Shown here piece after piece: positions 43,597-54,225 of a stretch of 64,000 bases of DNA (position 1 is its first letter; every line of letters begins with the position of its first letter). The notes under the pieces were generated by a model. The model saw only the letters and a list, made by a program, of their open reading frames with translations, was not told the DNA's origin and searched no databases. This DNA comes from Tetramitus jugosus (lineage: Eukaryota; Protista; Heterolobosea). The translations under genes and the position numbers were made by a program. The stretch covers positions 310,001-374,000 of the forward strand of contig OW569348.1 of NCBI GenBank assembly GCA_937625935.1. The letters are read 5' to 3'.

Positions 43597-43829
43597 TGTA
43601 AACAGCCAGTAAAGTTCCTGTTTTTTACCTTGTTGTTATTGGTTTTCAAAAGATAAAGAAATTCCAAAGTTTATTTGAACCAGGTATTGCGCACCTAGAG
43701 GTTCAATGGAACTGATCATGCGAATTTCATTCCTCCTAAAGTCCGTGCCACGAACAAGCAACGTCACCAGGAGAAATAGAGGCGAAAAAATCGCCGGGCG
43801 GAATTATTGACACTGATAATAAGTATATC

Positions 43830-43900
43830 TCTCCTATGGTCTAGTGGTATGATAGCGGACTTTGAATCCGTTGACGGTGGTTCGATTCCACCTAGGAGAA
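43830..43900 (+). tRNA. tRNA-Gln (TTG)
   Basis: Acceptor TCTCCTA/TAGGAGA; anticodon arm GCGGA-CTTTGAA-TCCGT; T arm GGTGG-TTCGATT-CCACC; followed by TTTT. Confidence 0.92.
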
Positions 43901-43921
43901 CTTTTAGATGTTACTTTTATT

Positions 43922-46900
43922 CTAAAGGGCGAAAGCAAAAGAAGAGAAGGCAATGAGTATTGCTAATTTTGTCCATCCAAATGCTCTACTTGCTGGACTG
44001 GGGCTGGGTCGCGGTTGAGGTGTGGGAGATGGCACTGGTGTAGGTGTGGGTGTTGGGCTTGGCACTGGAGGTGTAGGAGTTGGGATTGGTGTAGGTGTGG
44101 GTGTGGGCGTGGGTGTTGGATGTGGCTTATCCCCACAGGTATCGTGCAAATATCTCAACACTGCTTTTCCTTGTGTTTTGTGTCCCAAGTAATCCATTTG
44201 TGCTTCAGTTAGTGCGAAATACTGCTTACAAGCCATCAGAGTTAAGTACGTAGGAGGAGTGAGTGCGTGCATCAATTGAGCATTCGTCAAGCTGGCCACG
44301 CATTCCTCAGAGAAACTTGTGAAGAAGAATCCCAACCCCTCACCAAACTCATTCTTGTCAAACGCAACGGGTGGGAGGAAAGGAATTTGCTTCGGTCTCA
44401 ATCCTTCAATGGCATCTGGCAATAGGTGTCCGAGTTGAGGGCTCAGAGATCCAACGAACACATCATCTGGAAGTACTTTCACTTGATCATGGGTAAGTCC
44501 TTGATATGTTGTTTTCTCCATCTTCATCATCGTGTTTCGATTCAAATACTTCTTTACCGAGTCCGTGCTGCAGACAGTCAACTGAAGCCAAGTCAGTCTG
44601 GAAATCTCTGATGATGCCAACTGTCGAACAGCCTTTGGCTTCAACATCTTGAAACTCAAGATTGTGGTGTAGGGTACTAACTCCAATTGATCGAATCTCA
44701 TTTGATCAATGAAACCCAACTTCCACTTGGTGGACAAGCGCTCAAAGTGGCCCGGTCTAAAGCCGCCGATGGCATCCGATGTCAAGAATTTGAAATGTTC
44801 CAAGCGCAATCCTTCAATGCTCTTGTCATGCATATCGCTGAAGCATCCACCCTTGAAACCAGAAACTTCCTTATCGGCAATGTACTTGATGCAATCGGCA
44901 GATAGACCCTTACAAGCATTGGTGTCCGAATTAAAGGAAGATAGTTGGTTTCGAGTGAAACCTGAGCATGTCTCTGCAGGTATTTGCTCAATCATCTTAT
45001 CTGTTAGACCTTTGATAGCCACGGGAGAAAATTGTGCCAGTTGGACACTATTTACCACTTCAAGTACCTTGGGGTCAAAAAGACTGGTGCATCCAGCATT
45101 GAAACCTGCAAAAGATGTTGTTTTCATATTTGACATGCATTCCTTGGTAAGTCCCTTGCAAGTTAATTTGTCTGGCATATTGTTCAAGTAAGAGATGTGA
45201 GAAGCAGAGAAACCAGAGCAAGTTAGTGGATTGAGATTTTTCATAGTTTGTTGATCGAAACCTGATACTGCTTCTCCTGAGAGATACTGCAACTGGAATG
45301 CATCAATCTTGGATAGAGCGTCCTTGTCCATCTTTGCTATACAATCTCCTCTGAATCCAGAGAATGCGAGAGGGAGAATGCTGGAAAGGCAATCCTTCTG
45401 GAAGCCAGCACAACCTGGTTTATCGGTTGTTCCCTGGATCATTGACAGAGCTCTTGAAGTAAACCCGTAACAGGCTTTGACGTTCAAATTCTTAATAAGA
45501 TCTTTGGTCAGCCCGTGTGCTCCCTCTCCCAGATTGTGCAACTGCTGTGCCGAGATTTTCGAGAATGCCTTGTCATCCAACTTGCTGACACATGCAGAGT
45601 TGAGTCCGATAAATGAAGCAGGTGAAATCTTGTTAATACATTCATTCTTGAAGCCTGAGCAGGCATCTGGATTGGAAATGTGGAGCAATTGATCTCCTGT
45701 CCATCCAGCGCAACTATCATCATTGAGATTCTTGAGCATCGGTGCAGACAAACCTCTCATTGCATCTGGAACGATATGTGCTAATAGAATGTAATCAATA
45801 TCCTTGAATGCGTCTTCGGGCAAGCTAGATACACATTCTGCCTTCAATCCCTTAATGGAGAACATGTCAAAGTTGGCCAAACATTTAGAAGAGATGCCAG
45901 AGCATGCAGATTGATCAGTACTACTGGACAACAACTCAATCTTGTGAGCAGAAAATCCTCTGCAAGCTACAGGATTCAAGTGTTTCATCTGATCCTTGTA
46001 CAATCCAGGAACCGCATCGTCTCTGAGTTGAACGATTTGATCTTGGGTGATCACGTCAAACACCTGAGGAGACAATCGAGAGGCACACACGTGCTGAACA
46101 CCTGAGAACACCAATGGGTCCATATTCTTGACACAACCAGAAGTGAAACCGGAACAAGCAGAGCTGAGAACAACCATTTGTCCCTTCTTTAGACCTTTAC
46201 AGGAATCACTCTTGAGAGTTTTAAGTAACTTATCAGTCGCTCCAACCATAGCAGGGGGACTGATAAGACCCAATTGTGTTGATGAGACATCAGATAGTGA
46301 GGGCAGATTGGCCAGGCAATGATCAGTGAATCCTGAGAAGGACGCAGCAGGCACATACTTCAAGCAATCGCCAATAAATCCACTGCACGTTTTCTTCTTG
46401 TCACTATTCTCTAAACTTGTAATGTGTTCCGGTCGGAGTCCCATACAAGTTTCGTGTGACAGTTTTGACAATTGTTCAGCGTCAATAGCTCTAAATGCAC
46501 GCTCTGGAATATTGTTCAATTGATAGCGATCCAACACCTCGATCGAAGAACTTGGTAAATCATCAATACATCGACTATGGAAGCCATAGAACGAAACAGC
46601 AGGAATGTTGTCAACGCACTTGGCCGACAATCCCTCACACACTCCATCGGCCAATGCTGATATTTGATCCTTGGTAAAACCAACGCATGTTTCAGGTTTC
46701 AATGCATGTAGGTCATCAGCTCCGAGAGAAGCCACAGCAATGGGAATGAGGGTGGAGAATTGATCTGCTGTGATACCCGAAAAGGCTTCAGATGGTAGCT
46801 GAACAATACAAGCTGGAGTGATACCACTAAATGATTCCAATCTGATATGACCGATACATGCGGATGTCATTCCAGAGCATGATGTAGGAGCAAGATTCAA

Positions 46901-48154
46901 CAATTGATCTCTTCGGATGCCATAGCATGCCTCTGCAGACAATTCTTTGATGAAATGAGCATTAATCTTATTGATGGCACTATTGGTAATGTTAGACATT
47001 TGGAATCGATTAATTTTGGAGATGGCTTCATCATTCCAATTGGAAATACATGCACCAGAGAATCCACTGAACGTGTAGGGGTTCAATTGATTGATACACT
47101 TGTCATGAATAGAGGAACAGACGAGGTAGGACAATCGACTCACTTGGTCTGGTTTCAATCCCGAACATGAATCAGAAGTCTGTCCGAACTGGGCCACTTG
47201 TTCCTTGCTCCAAACAGAGAAGAGAGCTGAAGGAATTCTTGACATTTGAATTCCTTTGAGGGCAGCTACAGTTGGAGGCTGTAGAATGGAGAGACAAGTC
47301 TGAGGGATCTTGTTGAAAGCATCAGGAATGATCTTGGACACACAATCAGTGGAGATCCCTGCACAGGCTTGATGACCAAACAATTGAGAAAACTGTGCGG
47401 GAGATATACCTGCACATTGGTTGTTCCACAGACTCATCTTGTCCTTTGTCACATAGGATAGAGTACTTGGAGTCAGATAAACCACTTGATTGAGAGTAAT
47501 GGCACGGAATGAGTTGTCTGAGAGAATACTGAGACATGAACCAGATAACTCGGCCATGTTCTCTGGAGGAATCACAGAGAGGCACTCTGGTTGAATCACC
47601 GAACATAATTGCTCGGTGGCAGAGTTAGAAATGATTGATAATTGTGCTGCCGTAATGCCGAAACACGTTCCAGACTTGAGTGACTTCATCTGATCAGCTG
47701 TGATACCTGCTACCGCTTCGGTAGACAACTTTGAAAATTGAAGAGCACTAGTGGAAGAAAACACTTCGGTCTTCAAGTCTGTGATACATGATCTTTGAAA
47801 TCCCTGAAAGGTATCAGATGGAATATTCTGATAGCATGCCAACTTAAATCCAGAGCATGGAGATCCACCAGTCACTGAACTTGTTGGAAACATGGATAGT
47901 TGTTCCTTTCGAAATCCACTGCAAGCATAGGAAGGAATGGCTGCTAGATTTTCCGAGGTGACAGTTTTGAAAACCTTGGGATCCAGAGCAGATAACTGAG
48001 CAGCACTCAGATGAGCCCAATCGATTCCACCGGTAGTTGTGAGAGGTGCAGGAAGGATATGTACAGGGTCGGTCTGAGCAGCACCGACAGATAATTTACA
48101 ATAGAAGAAAATGGTGGCGAACACCACAAAGATGACCACAAATCGATAGTTCAT
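43922..48154 (-). CDS. Large Cys-rich tandem-repeat surface protein, probably GPI-anchored (1410 aa)
   Basis: Signal peptide; 13 copies of a ~80-aa repeat beginning C-x6-C; (PT)n stalk; C-terminal hydrophobic tail. Confidence 0.85.
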   Translation of the reverse strand: MNYRFVVIFVVFATIFFYCKLSVGAAQTDPVHILPAPLTTTGGIDWAHLSAAQLSALDPKVFKTVTSENLAAIPSYACSGFRKEQLSMFPTSSVTGGSPCSGFKLACYQNIPSDTFQGFQRSCITDLKTEVFSSTSALQFSKLSTEAVAGITADQMKSLKSGTCFGITAAQLSIISNSATEQLCSVIQPECLSVIPPENMAELSGSCLSILSDNSFRAITLNQVVYLTPSTLSYVTKDKMSLWNNQCAGISPAQFSQLFGHQACAGISTDCVSKIIPDAFNKIPQTCLSILQPPTVAALKGIQMSRIPSALFSVWSKEQVAQFGQTSDSCSGLKPDQVSRLSYLVCSSIHDKCINQLNPYTFSGFSGACISNWNDEAISKINRFQMSNITNSAINKINAHFIKELSAEACYGIRRDQLLNLAPTSCSGMTSACIGHIRLESFSGITPACIVQLPSEAFSGITADQFSTLIPIAVASLGADDLHALKPETCVGFTKDQISALADGVCEGLSAKCVDNIPAVSFYGFHSRCIDDLPSSSIEVLDRYQLNNIPERAFRAIDAEQLSKLSHETCMGLRPEHITSLENSDKKKTCSGFIGDCLKYVPAASFSGFTDHCLANLPSLSDVSSTQLGLISPPAMVGATDKLLKTLKSDSCKGLKKGQMVVLSSACSGFTSGCVKNMDPLVFSGVQHVCASRLSPQVFDVITQDQIVQLRDDAVPGLYKDQMKHLNPVACRGFSAHKIELLSSSTDQSACSGISSKCLANFDMFSIKGLKAECVSSLPEDAFKDIDYILLAHIVPDAMRGLSAPMLKNLNDDSCAGWTGDQLLHISNPDACSGFKNECINKISPASFIGLNSACVSKLDDKAFSKISAQQLHNLGEGAHGLTKDLIKNLNVKACYGFTSRALSMIQGTTDKPGCAGFQKDCLSSILPLAFSGFRGDCIAKMDKDALSKIDAFQLQYLSGEAVSGFDQQTMKNLNPLTCSGFSASHISYLNNMPDKLTCKGLTKECMSNMKTTSFAGFNAGCTSLFDPKVLEVVNSVQLAQFSPVAIKGLTDKMIEQIPAETCSGFTRNQLSSFNSDTNACKGLSADCIKYIADKEVSGFKGGCFSDMHDKSIEGLRLEHFKFLTSDAIGGFRPGHFERLSTKWKLGFIDQMRFDQLELVPYTTILSFKMLKPKAVRQLASSEISRLTWLQLTVCSTDSVKKYLNRNTMMKMEKTTYQGLTHDQVKVLPDDVFVGSLSPQLGHLLPDAIEGLRPKQIPFLPPVAFDKNEFGEGLGFFFTSFSEECVASLTNAQLMHALTPPTYLTLMACKQYFALTEAQMDYLGHKTQGKAVLRYLHDTCGDKPHPTPTPTPTPTPIPTPTPPVPSPTPTPTPVPSPTPQPRPSPSPASRAFGWTKLAILIAFSSFAFAL

Positions 48155-48425
48155 GGTTCTGTCCTTACGCTTGAGTTGTTACCTTGCTTGTGTGGAATAG
48201 TTAGCTGAGTCTTTTGGTACTCTTCTTTTAGCGACTTTTTATACGAGTACACTTTGTATCATTCTGATCTCTCTGGAAAGTAATCTAATATTGTTGGGTC
48301 AACCAACAACAATAATAAATGAGTTTACAACCAGTTCGATGCCAATTCTCCGCTATCCGAAGGATAATTAAAACACCGCAACCGCCCTGTTGACAAAAAG
48401 GAACAGCACCAGATGAAACGAAAAA

Positions 48426-50117
48426 ATGCCCGCAACGAACAACACCAAACGGCAGCATCCGTTCGTGAGCAAAGCTTGTGAAGCTTGCAAGATTGCTCAC
48501 ACGAAATGCGATGAAGAGAAACCATGTTCTCGCTGTTCTCGTCTCTCCATAGAGTGTGTTCCTGCCACCAAGACACGAAAAGACTATCGCAAGAACGTTT
48601 CTGGTCGCAAAGTCATCAACCATCCATCTGGCTCATCATCTGCGAGTCATCATCACCATCCTCACACTCATCACAATCATTCATTGTTCGTTCACGAGTT
48701 TAAAGTTGAACAACTACAATCAAGCAATGATAATGACCATAGTGTCATTGATCGTCACGAACAGGTCATGGAGCAGGACAACAAGTCAATGATATCATCC
48801 AAAAATAGAAAAGTGTCGGCTGACACTCATCGATTTCACTATTATCAACCAGATAGCCAGAGATTACAGAAACGAAGCAAGATTGATCACCATGGTGGAA
48901 CGAACGTTGCTTCTTCCATGTCATCATCCTCATCATCACCATTCTTTCATCAGGCAACAACAACAACAACAACAACAAGTATAGATACGAATGGTGATGA
49001 TCACGATGATAACAACAGTAATAGCAGTAGCAGCAGTAGCAGTAACAGTGGTAGTAGTGATGTAATGATGACGTCTCCCACAACAGCAACGACAACAATA
49101 ACAGCAGGAATAACAACAGCAACTAACATGAGGAACATGGCATCGCAACAACTAGGTTACTCCCAAACTGCTGCAAACAATACTCTCCATCAACCGAGGA
49201 GGATATCAATAGGTAGTGATGATGGGCCATTATTGCTCGAGGAAGGATTAAGGCTCGATCTAGAGGATTTGAATCGATCATTGTCTTCATCTTCATCATC
49301 CTCATCCTCATCTCCATCAACTTTTGATTTTACTTTGACGTCACAAGACACCACCAACTACAGTGATATGATGTCAATGATTTTGAGCATGAATGATCCA
49401 ATTATGAGATATGAAGCTGTTCATAAGATTTTGAATGAAAATGTGGCGTTGAAGAAGGAGATTGCATCAATGAAAATGGTGAATGAAGCACTGCAAACAG
49501 AGTTACACTTTTACAAGTCACAACAATTGTCCATTCAAACGATTGATGATGTGTCCAATGTGATACGGCGATGCATGACTGGATTCTATAATGGAATCGG
49601 TGTGATATTGACAGCTCAGAATGGACAAATTGTTGGCATGAACTCGTATCTGCGATGGAAGTTGGGTTATGAACAATTAACATTTAGACAAGGACTATTG
49701 CAACAACAACAACAACAACAACAACAGATAGGACCCTCTGCCAGTTGGCAGGTTTCCGCTAATGACATCATTTTGAAAAGTTGGAGAAATTTATTGCGCG
49801 TTGATTCAGCTTATGCATCACGGATGGCCTACGTGGGGTGTGCCACCTCTCAAAATTCAATATTTAGAGTCCATAATCCAGTATTCCTTCGCAAATTTTG
49901 TATTGTGAACGAGAATGCACGATTAAGGCCACTGACAGACTTGAGGTATGACATTGATGGATCTATGGCACAGGATCAACAGTTTCATTTGCAAACTACA
50001 AATGATTTAGAGACTGCGAAATACCTAGAGTCCCATATGGTGTATAGCAACGGAAAACCATTGATGGTTGTCACATTTGTTTTCTTTGAAGAAAAGTCGG
50101 ATGCATGCAAGAGTTAA
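48426..50117 (+). CDS. Zn(II)2Cys6 binuclear cluster transcription factor
   Basis: ACEACKIAHTKCDEEKPCSRCSRLSIEC; central coiled coil; PAS-like C-terminus (GVILTAQNGQIVGMN...LGYE). Confidence 0.9.
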   Translation: MPATNNTKRQHPFVSKACEACKIAHTKCDEEKPCSRCSRLSIECVPATKTRKDYRKNVSGRKVINHPSGSSSASHHHHPHTHHNHSLFVHEFKVEQLQSSNDNDHSVIDRHEQVMEQDNKSMISSKNRKVSADTHRFHYYQPDSQRLQKRSKIDHHGGTNVASSMSSSSSSPFFHQATTTTTTTSIDTNGDDHDDNNSNSSSSSSSNSGSSDVMMTSPTTATTTITAGITTATNMRNMASQQLGYSQTAANNTLHQPRRISIGSDDGPLLLEEGLRLDLEDLNRSLSSSSSSSSSSPSTFDFTLTSQDTTNYSDMMSMILSMNDPIMRYEAVHKILNENVALKKEIASMKMVNEALQTELHFYKSQQLSIQTIDDVSNVIRRCMTGFYNGIGVILTAQNGQIVGMNSYLRWKLGYEQLTFRQGLLQQQQQQQQQIGPSASWQVSANDIILKSWRNLLRVDSAYASRMAYVGCATSQNSIFRVHNPVFLRKFCIVNENARLRPLTDLRYDIDGSMAQDQQFHLQTTNDLETAKYLESHMVYSNGKPLMVVTFVFFEEKSDACKS

Positions 50118-50655
50118 AGCAAGTGACTCTGAATGCCGTGCATTCTTGCCTACTTAAGAATATCAATAATTCCATGTCTGGATTAATGGCATCAAGACGT
50201 CTCGATACGTTCTTTATTCGAATGTGATATCACAGTTAAATTGATCAAGAAATTCTATGCCTCAAACACTGGAGTGCACCTTACCACTATCGGGTAACAT
50301 CGAGATACAAGGTGTTTACAAGCTTCCCCATAAGTAACATGTTAGTCCTGTTCAGGTTGAAACTCTCAACTTGGCAATATTGCGAGCAATGATGTTTGTA
50401 TTCTTGGACAAATGATGGACTTTGTTTGTAATCTTCCCATGATCCCTGTCGTTGTATTAATTTCGGAATTCCCTCTCCATTCCCCCAAAATACACCAACC
50501 GCTCTTTCACAGGGATCAGTTCGCTCATAATCAATCCGATACAGGTATTATCATCATGATCGGTTCCATCAAGTAAAAAACAACCAAATCGTCCATCAAT
50601 AACCGAGTACAAGTTAACTCCAAAGTCTATACAATAATCACCAACTAAAACAAGG

Positions 50656-50982
50656 ATGAATCCATACGGCTATCCACAGCAAGGCTATCCACAACAAGGC
50701 TATCCACCAAGGTACGGTTACCCAGCTCAACAACCAATGATGCCAGGTCAACAAGTGCCCTATGGTTATGCACCTCAAATGCCAACCAACTACATTCCTC
50801 CTACTGCTGGAGGTATGATGCCCACACAGTATGTGGGTCAACCCGTTTACGGATATGGCGCACAACCATATGCCAGAGGATATGGTCAAGGCTACTACGG
50901 ACACAAGATGAAGAAGATGAAGGGAATGAAAATGAAGGGATACAAGGGAATGAAGAAGGGTTATGGACGAAGAAAGTGGTAA
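50656..50982 (+). CDS. Small G/Y/P/Q-rich protein with K/M/G-rich basic tail
   Basis: GYPQQ repeats and a C-terminal KMKKMKGMKMKGYKGMKKG; AATAA-type signal downstream. Confidence 0.7.
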   Translation: MNPYGYPQQGYPQQGYPPRYGYPAQQPMMPGQQVPYGYAPQMPTNYIPPTAGGMMPTQYVGQPVYGYGAQPYARGYGQGYYGHKMKKMKGMKMKGYKGMKKGYGRRKW

Positions 50983-51173
50983 CCTATCCTAAGCTGTTGT
51001 TCCTCGCTGTACATATAAAATAACGCTTAAATACTAAACTGTAACTCTGTGTAACGCTCTTGTCATTTTTCGCTTCGATCTCGGGGAATTGCACCAAACA
51101 AGTAAGTGGTTGAACAGGGGGGTAACAACATCACGTCCGCTGTTCAATATCCGAACCAACAAACTCAACAAGA

Positions 51174-52406
51174 ATGAGACCTTCAGCACCCAGAGCAAGA
51201 GATCGTTCCATCAACCATACTCACCACCACTACAATAAAACAGACAGTGGATATGACCACGCACAACAACCTGTTGGACAAGTTGCTCAAGTGCAGCACT
51301 TGTCTCCCATCTCGTTGACTCCATCTTGGATCTTTCCAGCGATTATTGTGAGCTTGTCAACGAGTATTATTGCACGTATGTATAGCTTGAAGTCAGGTGA
51401 AAAACTTGTGGTAATTTGGGCACATTTCTAACCAAGAGTCCTTTCATTTTGATGATGATGATTTAGTGTGTTATTACATGTCGTACACCCAGGGACACAC
51501 TCCAGCTTTCCCCTATACTGACATTACTCACACTGCAAGATATCGTATGTATTGTTCCTAGATTTCGAAAGCTTTTTCGTTGTTGTTCTTTTCTGTCTGC
51601 TTTTTCTATATGTCAGAAGCAGTTGCAAGGACACAAGCGTATGCTGCTCAATCACTGTCGGCTGACTCTTGTTGTTTTGTTTGTCAGCTCCCGAGAGATA
51701 CATTTTCAGAATTGGATTGATCATGTTGGGTGTTGTCATGTTTTGGAATTGGCACAGTGTCTTCTATTGGTTAGCTCATGCTCAGTTGACCGTTGCAGTA
51801 GAAAGAAGCAGAAGATCTAGACGACATAACGGTAGTATTGTTCCTCCAAGCACAAGAGTCATTAACATTGTTGCTTACTTGGGGTATTTGGCTTGTTTTG
51901 CGATTGCAGTGTCCAGTGCTTGTATCACATCAAATGAAGATATGCCATGGACCATTCATGTCATTGCTGCTTCATCATTCTTCGTGTTGACATATATTGC
52001 TCAAACAATGGTCACCATCAAGAGTTATCAATTGTATCACGAGATGACTGAAGAGAGCAGAGAGCGATTCATGACGTCCTATTCTCTCAATTGTAAATTG
52101 GCGGTCACTGGATTGGCAACACTGGTTCTTCTGATTGATGCCGCTTCTCAAAGCAAGATTCTGAGCTTCTTGCCCTCATGGACTGGAAATGCCTGTGAAT
52201 GGATTTTGACTCTGTTTGTGTTACTGTATAATACTAGTTTCTGCAATGATTGGTACGGCTCATTGTACACTGGTGTGATGCTTGTGCAGCCTGATGAAGA
52301 AATTGCCTCTGTCGTTCACAAGTACCGCCAGCTTGGAAGTGGTGAAGAGAATTGTGACGATGAAGATGAAATGGCTGTAGTTGGCGGATATTCCATTGAT
52401 GTGTAA
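51174..52406 (+). CDS. Frag1/DRAM/Sfk1 family membrane protein, 3 exons; introns 51376-51466 and 51545-51687
   Basis: Spliced product contains PYTDITHTARYPPERYIF, IHVIAASSFF and ACEWIL; multiple TM segments. Confidence 0.8.
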
Positions 52407-52521
52407 CAACTCTGAGTTTTGTATATCTCTAAAATTAGGCTGTGACTGAAAAACATTGCATTGTTGTGGACAATAAAGATTTGTCTCTCAACCAACGAAC
52501 AACACCTCAAAAATAATCAGA

Positions 52522-52773
52522 ATGGCCTCAACTGACAACGAACCTCATCACCTACAAATTGCCAGACGTGCATTTCAAGAATTTCAACACGGTCTGAACA
52601 CTAATGACTGGAGGGGTATTTTGGATCTGTTTTCTGATGATGTTGAGCTATGGATTCCAAAGGGAAGTCTTCAGGGCCTGCATAAAGGAAGGAACATGGC
52701 AGAGGGATACTTTAACGACGAATACTTGTGTGGCGATGGAACAGTTACCACGATCTCAAACAACAACCAATAA
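52522..52773 (+). pseudogene. Truncated or internally deleted SnoaL/NTF2-like protein
   Basis: ARRAFQEFQHGLNTNDW...LFSDDVELWIPKG..QGLHKGR is the N-terminal half of a SnoaL fold. It runs almost directly into EYLCGDG, which resembles the family C-terminus; only 83 aa. Confidence 0.55.
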
Positions 52774-52961
52774 AACTCTCATCATATTGTATTGTGTCGA
52801 CCATCCAAATTTCTCTCCGTAGCGCCATGACTGGATTCCAAATCTCCTATCGCGAGATTCCGCAACTGTTCCAACCACGCGAAGAAAACAGAAAATATTT
52901 GTTGTGCACGATCAAGAAAACAAACAACCAAACAACCAAAAAACAAGCAACGATCATCAAC

Positions 52962-54146
52962 ATGTCATTACCAACAAAAAAATCGGCAAAGAGAAGTGAA
53001 GCCATTATCGAAACATTGGCTCACATGTACACATTCTATCTATTCAAAATCTTCAAATGGTTCCTTCGTATCTTCACTGGTCAATCACAAGTCGAACGCA
53101 TCTGTAGTAGCTCTAGTCATCACACAACAGAAATGACTGAACAGCTACAGCATTGTCTCTCTAGCTCTACTCAACTCAAAACAGTGTTTCTCTCCTCTGA
53201 GTTGTTGTCGGAAGAAGATCGGAGTAAAAAGAGCGGAGATGTTGAAAAAATTCCGCTCATGGTACCTGCTGCATCCAAAAACAAGAACAAGAGCAATACT
53301 CATAGCAATATTACGACAGAGACCTATGTGATCAATCCAAAGCTCTATCACTTGAATCACAATAGTGATCGAAACAGTAGCAACAAGAAGAGTACATTCT
53401 ATGATGCTCACTTGTTTCACATTGTTGTGGATGGCATCTTGCAAGCAAAGAAACCATCTCTTGCCAAACAAATTCTTGAGAAAACTGCCACTACTTCTGG
53501 TGATGATCATCAGTTGGCAATGAATGACAAGTCTGTTCCTACGTGGGTACACAACCTATTTCAATGCGTTCAACAATTGATGCATGTCAATCAATCTGTT
53601 CAATTCTTGACTCAATTGAAAGACACGAGTGTGGTCAATACGGACACTCAACATGAAAAGTGGTTGGATCAGTTGTGGACAAAAGCGTTCCCGCAGTGGA
53701 AGCGAACAAAGCGAGTGACGACCGAGTGGCAAATGTTGGGTTTCCAGGGCACGGATCCATTGACTGACTTTAGAGGAATGGGTACGTTGGGACTACTCAA
53801 TCTTCACTATTTTTTGAGTGAGCATACGGATAGGGCGAGAACAGTGTTGGCAGAGAGTCGATCGGCTGCGTTGCAAAACGAGTTGGACGAGGATGATCGG
53901 TGGTACGGATTTGCCATCTCTGGTATCAATTTCACATCGGATTTGTACCATCAGGCACTGGAGAGGCACACAGTGTTCTCTCGACGATTCTATTCGTGTC
54001 GTTCGAACGAGGACACGATGCGCGTGTTTAATGAGCTCTACGTCAAGTTCTTCCTCATGTTCCACGAGTATTTCAAGAGTGAAGGTGCATCTGTCATGCA
54101 ATTCAACGAGAAGAAGAAGGAGATGGTTCAAATGTTTTTCTCATAA
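52962..54146 (+). CDS. ELMOD: ELMO/CED-12 domain protein (ELMOD, Arf/Arl GAP)
   Basis: WQMLGFQGTDPLTDFRGMGTLGL, YGFAISGINFT and VMQFN; ATG at 52962. Confidence 0.9.
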   Translation: MSLPTKKSAKRSEAIIETLAHMYTFYLFKIFKWFLRIFTGQSQVERICSSSSHHTTEMTEQLQHCLSSSTQLKTVFLSSELLSEEDRSKKSGDVEKIPLMVPAASKNKNKSNTHSNITTETYVINPKLYHLNHNSDRNSSNKKSTFYDAHLFHIVVDGILQAKKPSLAKQILEKTATTSGDDHQLAMNDKSVPTWVHNLFQCVQQLMHVNQSVQFLTQLKDTSVVNTDTQHEKWLDQLWTKAFPQWKRTKRVTTEWQMLGFQGTDPLTDFRGMGTLGLLNLHYFLSEHTDRARTVLAESRSAALQNELDEDDRWYGFAISGINFTSDLYHQALERHTVFSRRFYSCRSNEDTMRVFNELYVKFFLMFHEYFKSEGASVMQFNEKKKEMVQMFFS

Positions 54147-54225
54147 AACTGGTTCAAATTGATCGAAGTTTTAGTTTGTTGTATTCGAAATTTATAAGTA
54201 CATGGTATAGTATGGTTGTTACTAA

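Noticed and set aside
44000-44125. GGTGT-rich tandem repeats as telomeric or CRISPR-like array
   Set aside because: They encode the Pro-Thr stalk of the surface protein. No repeat-spacer structure or cas genes occur in the window.
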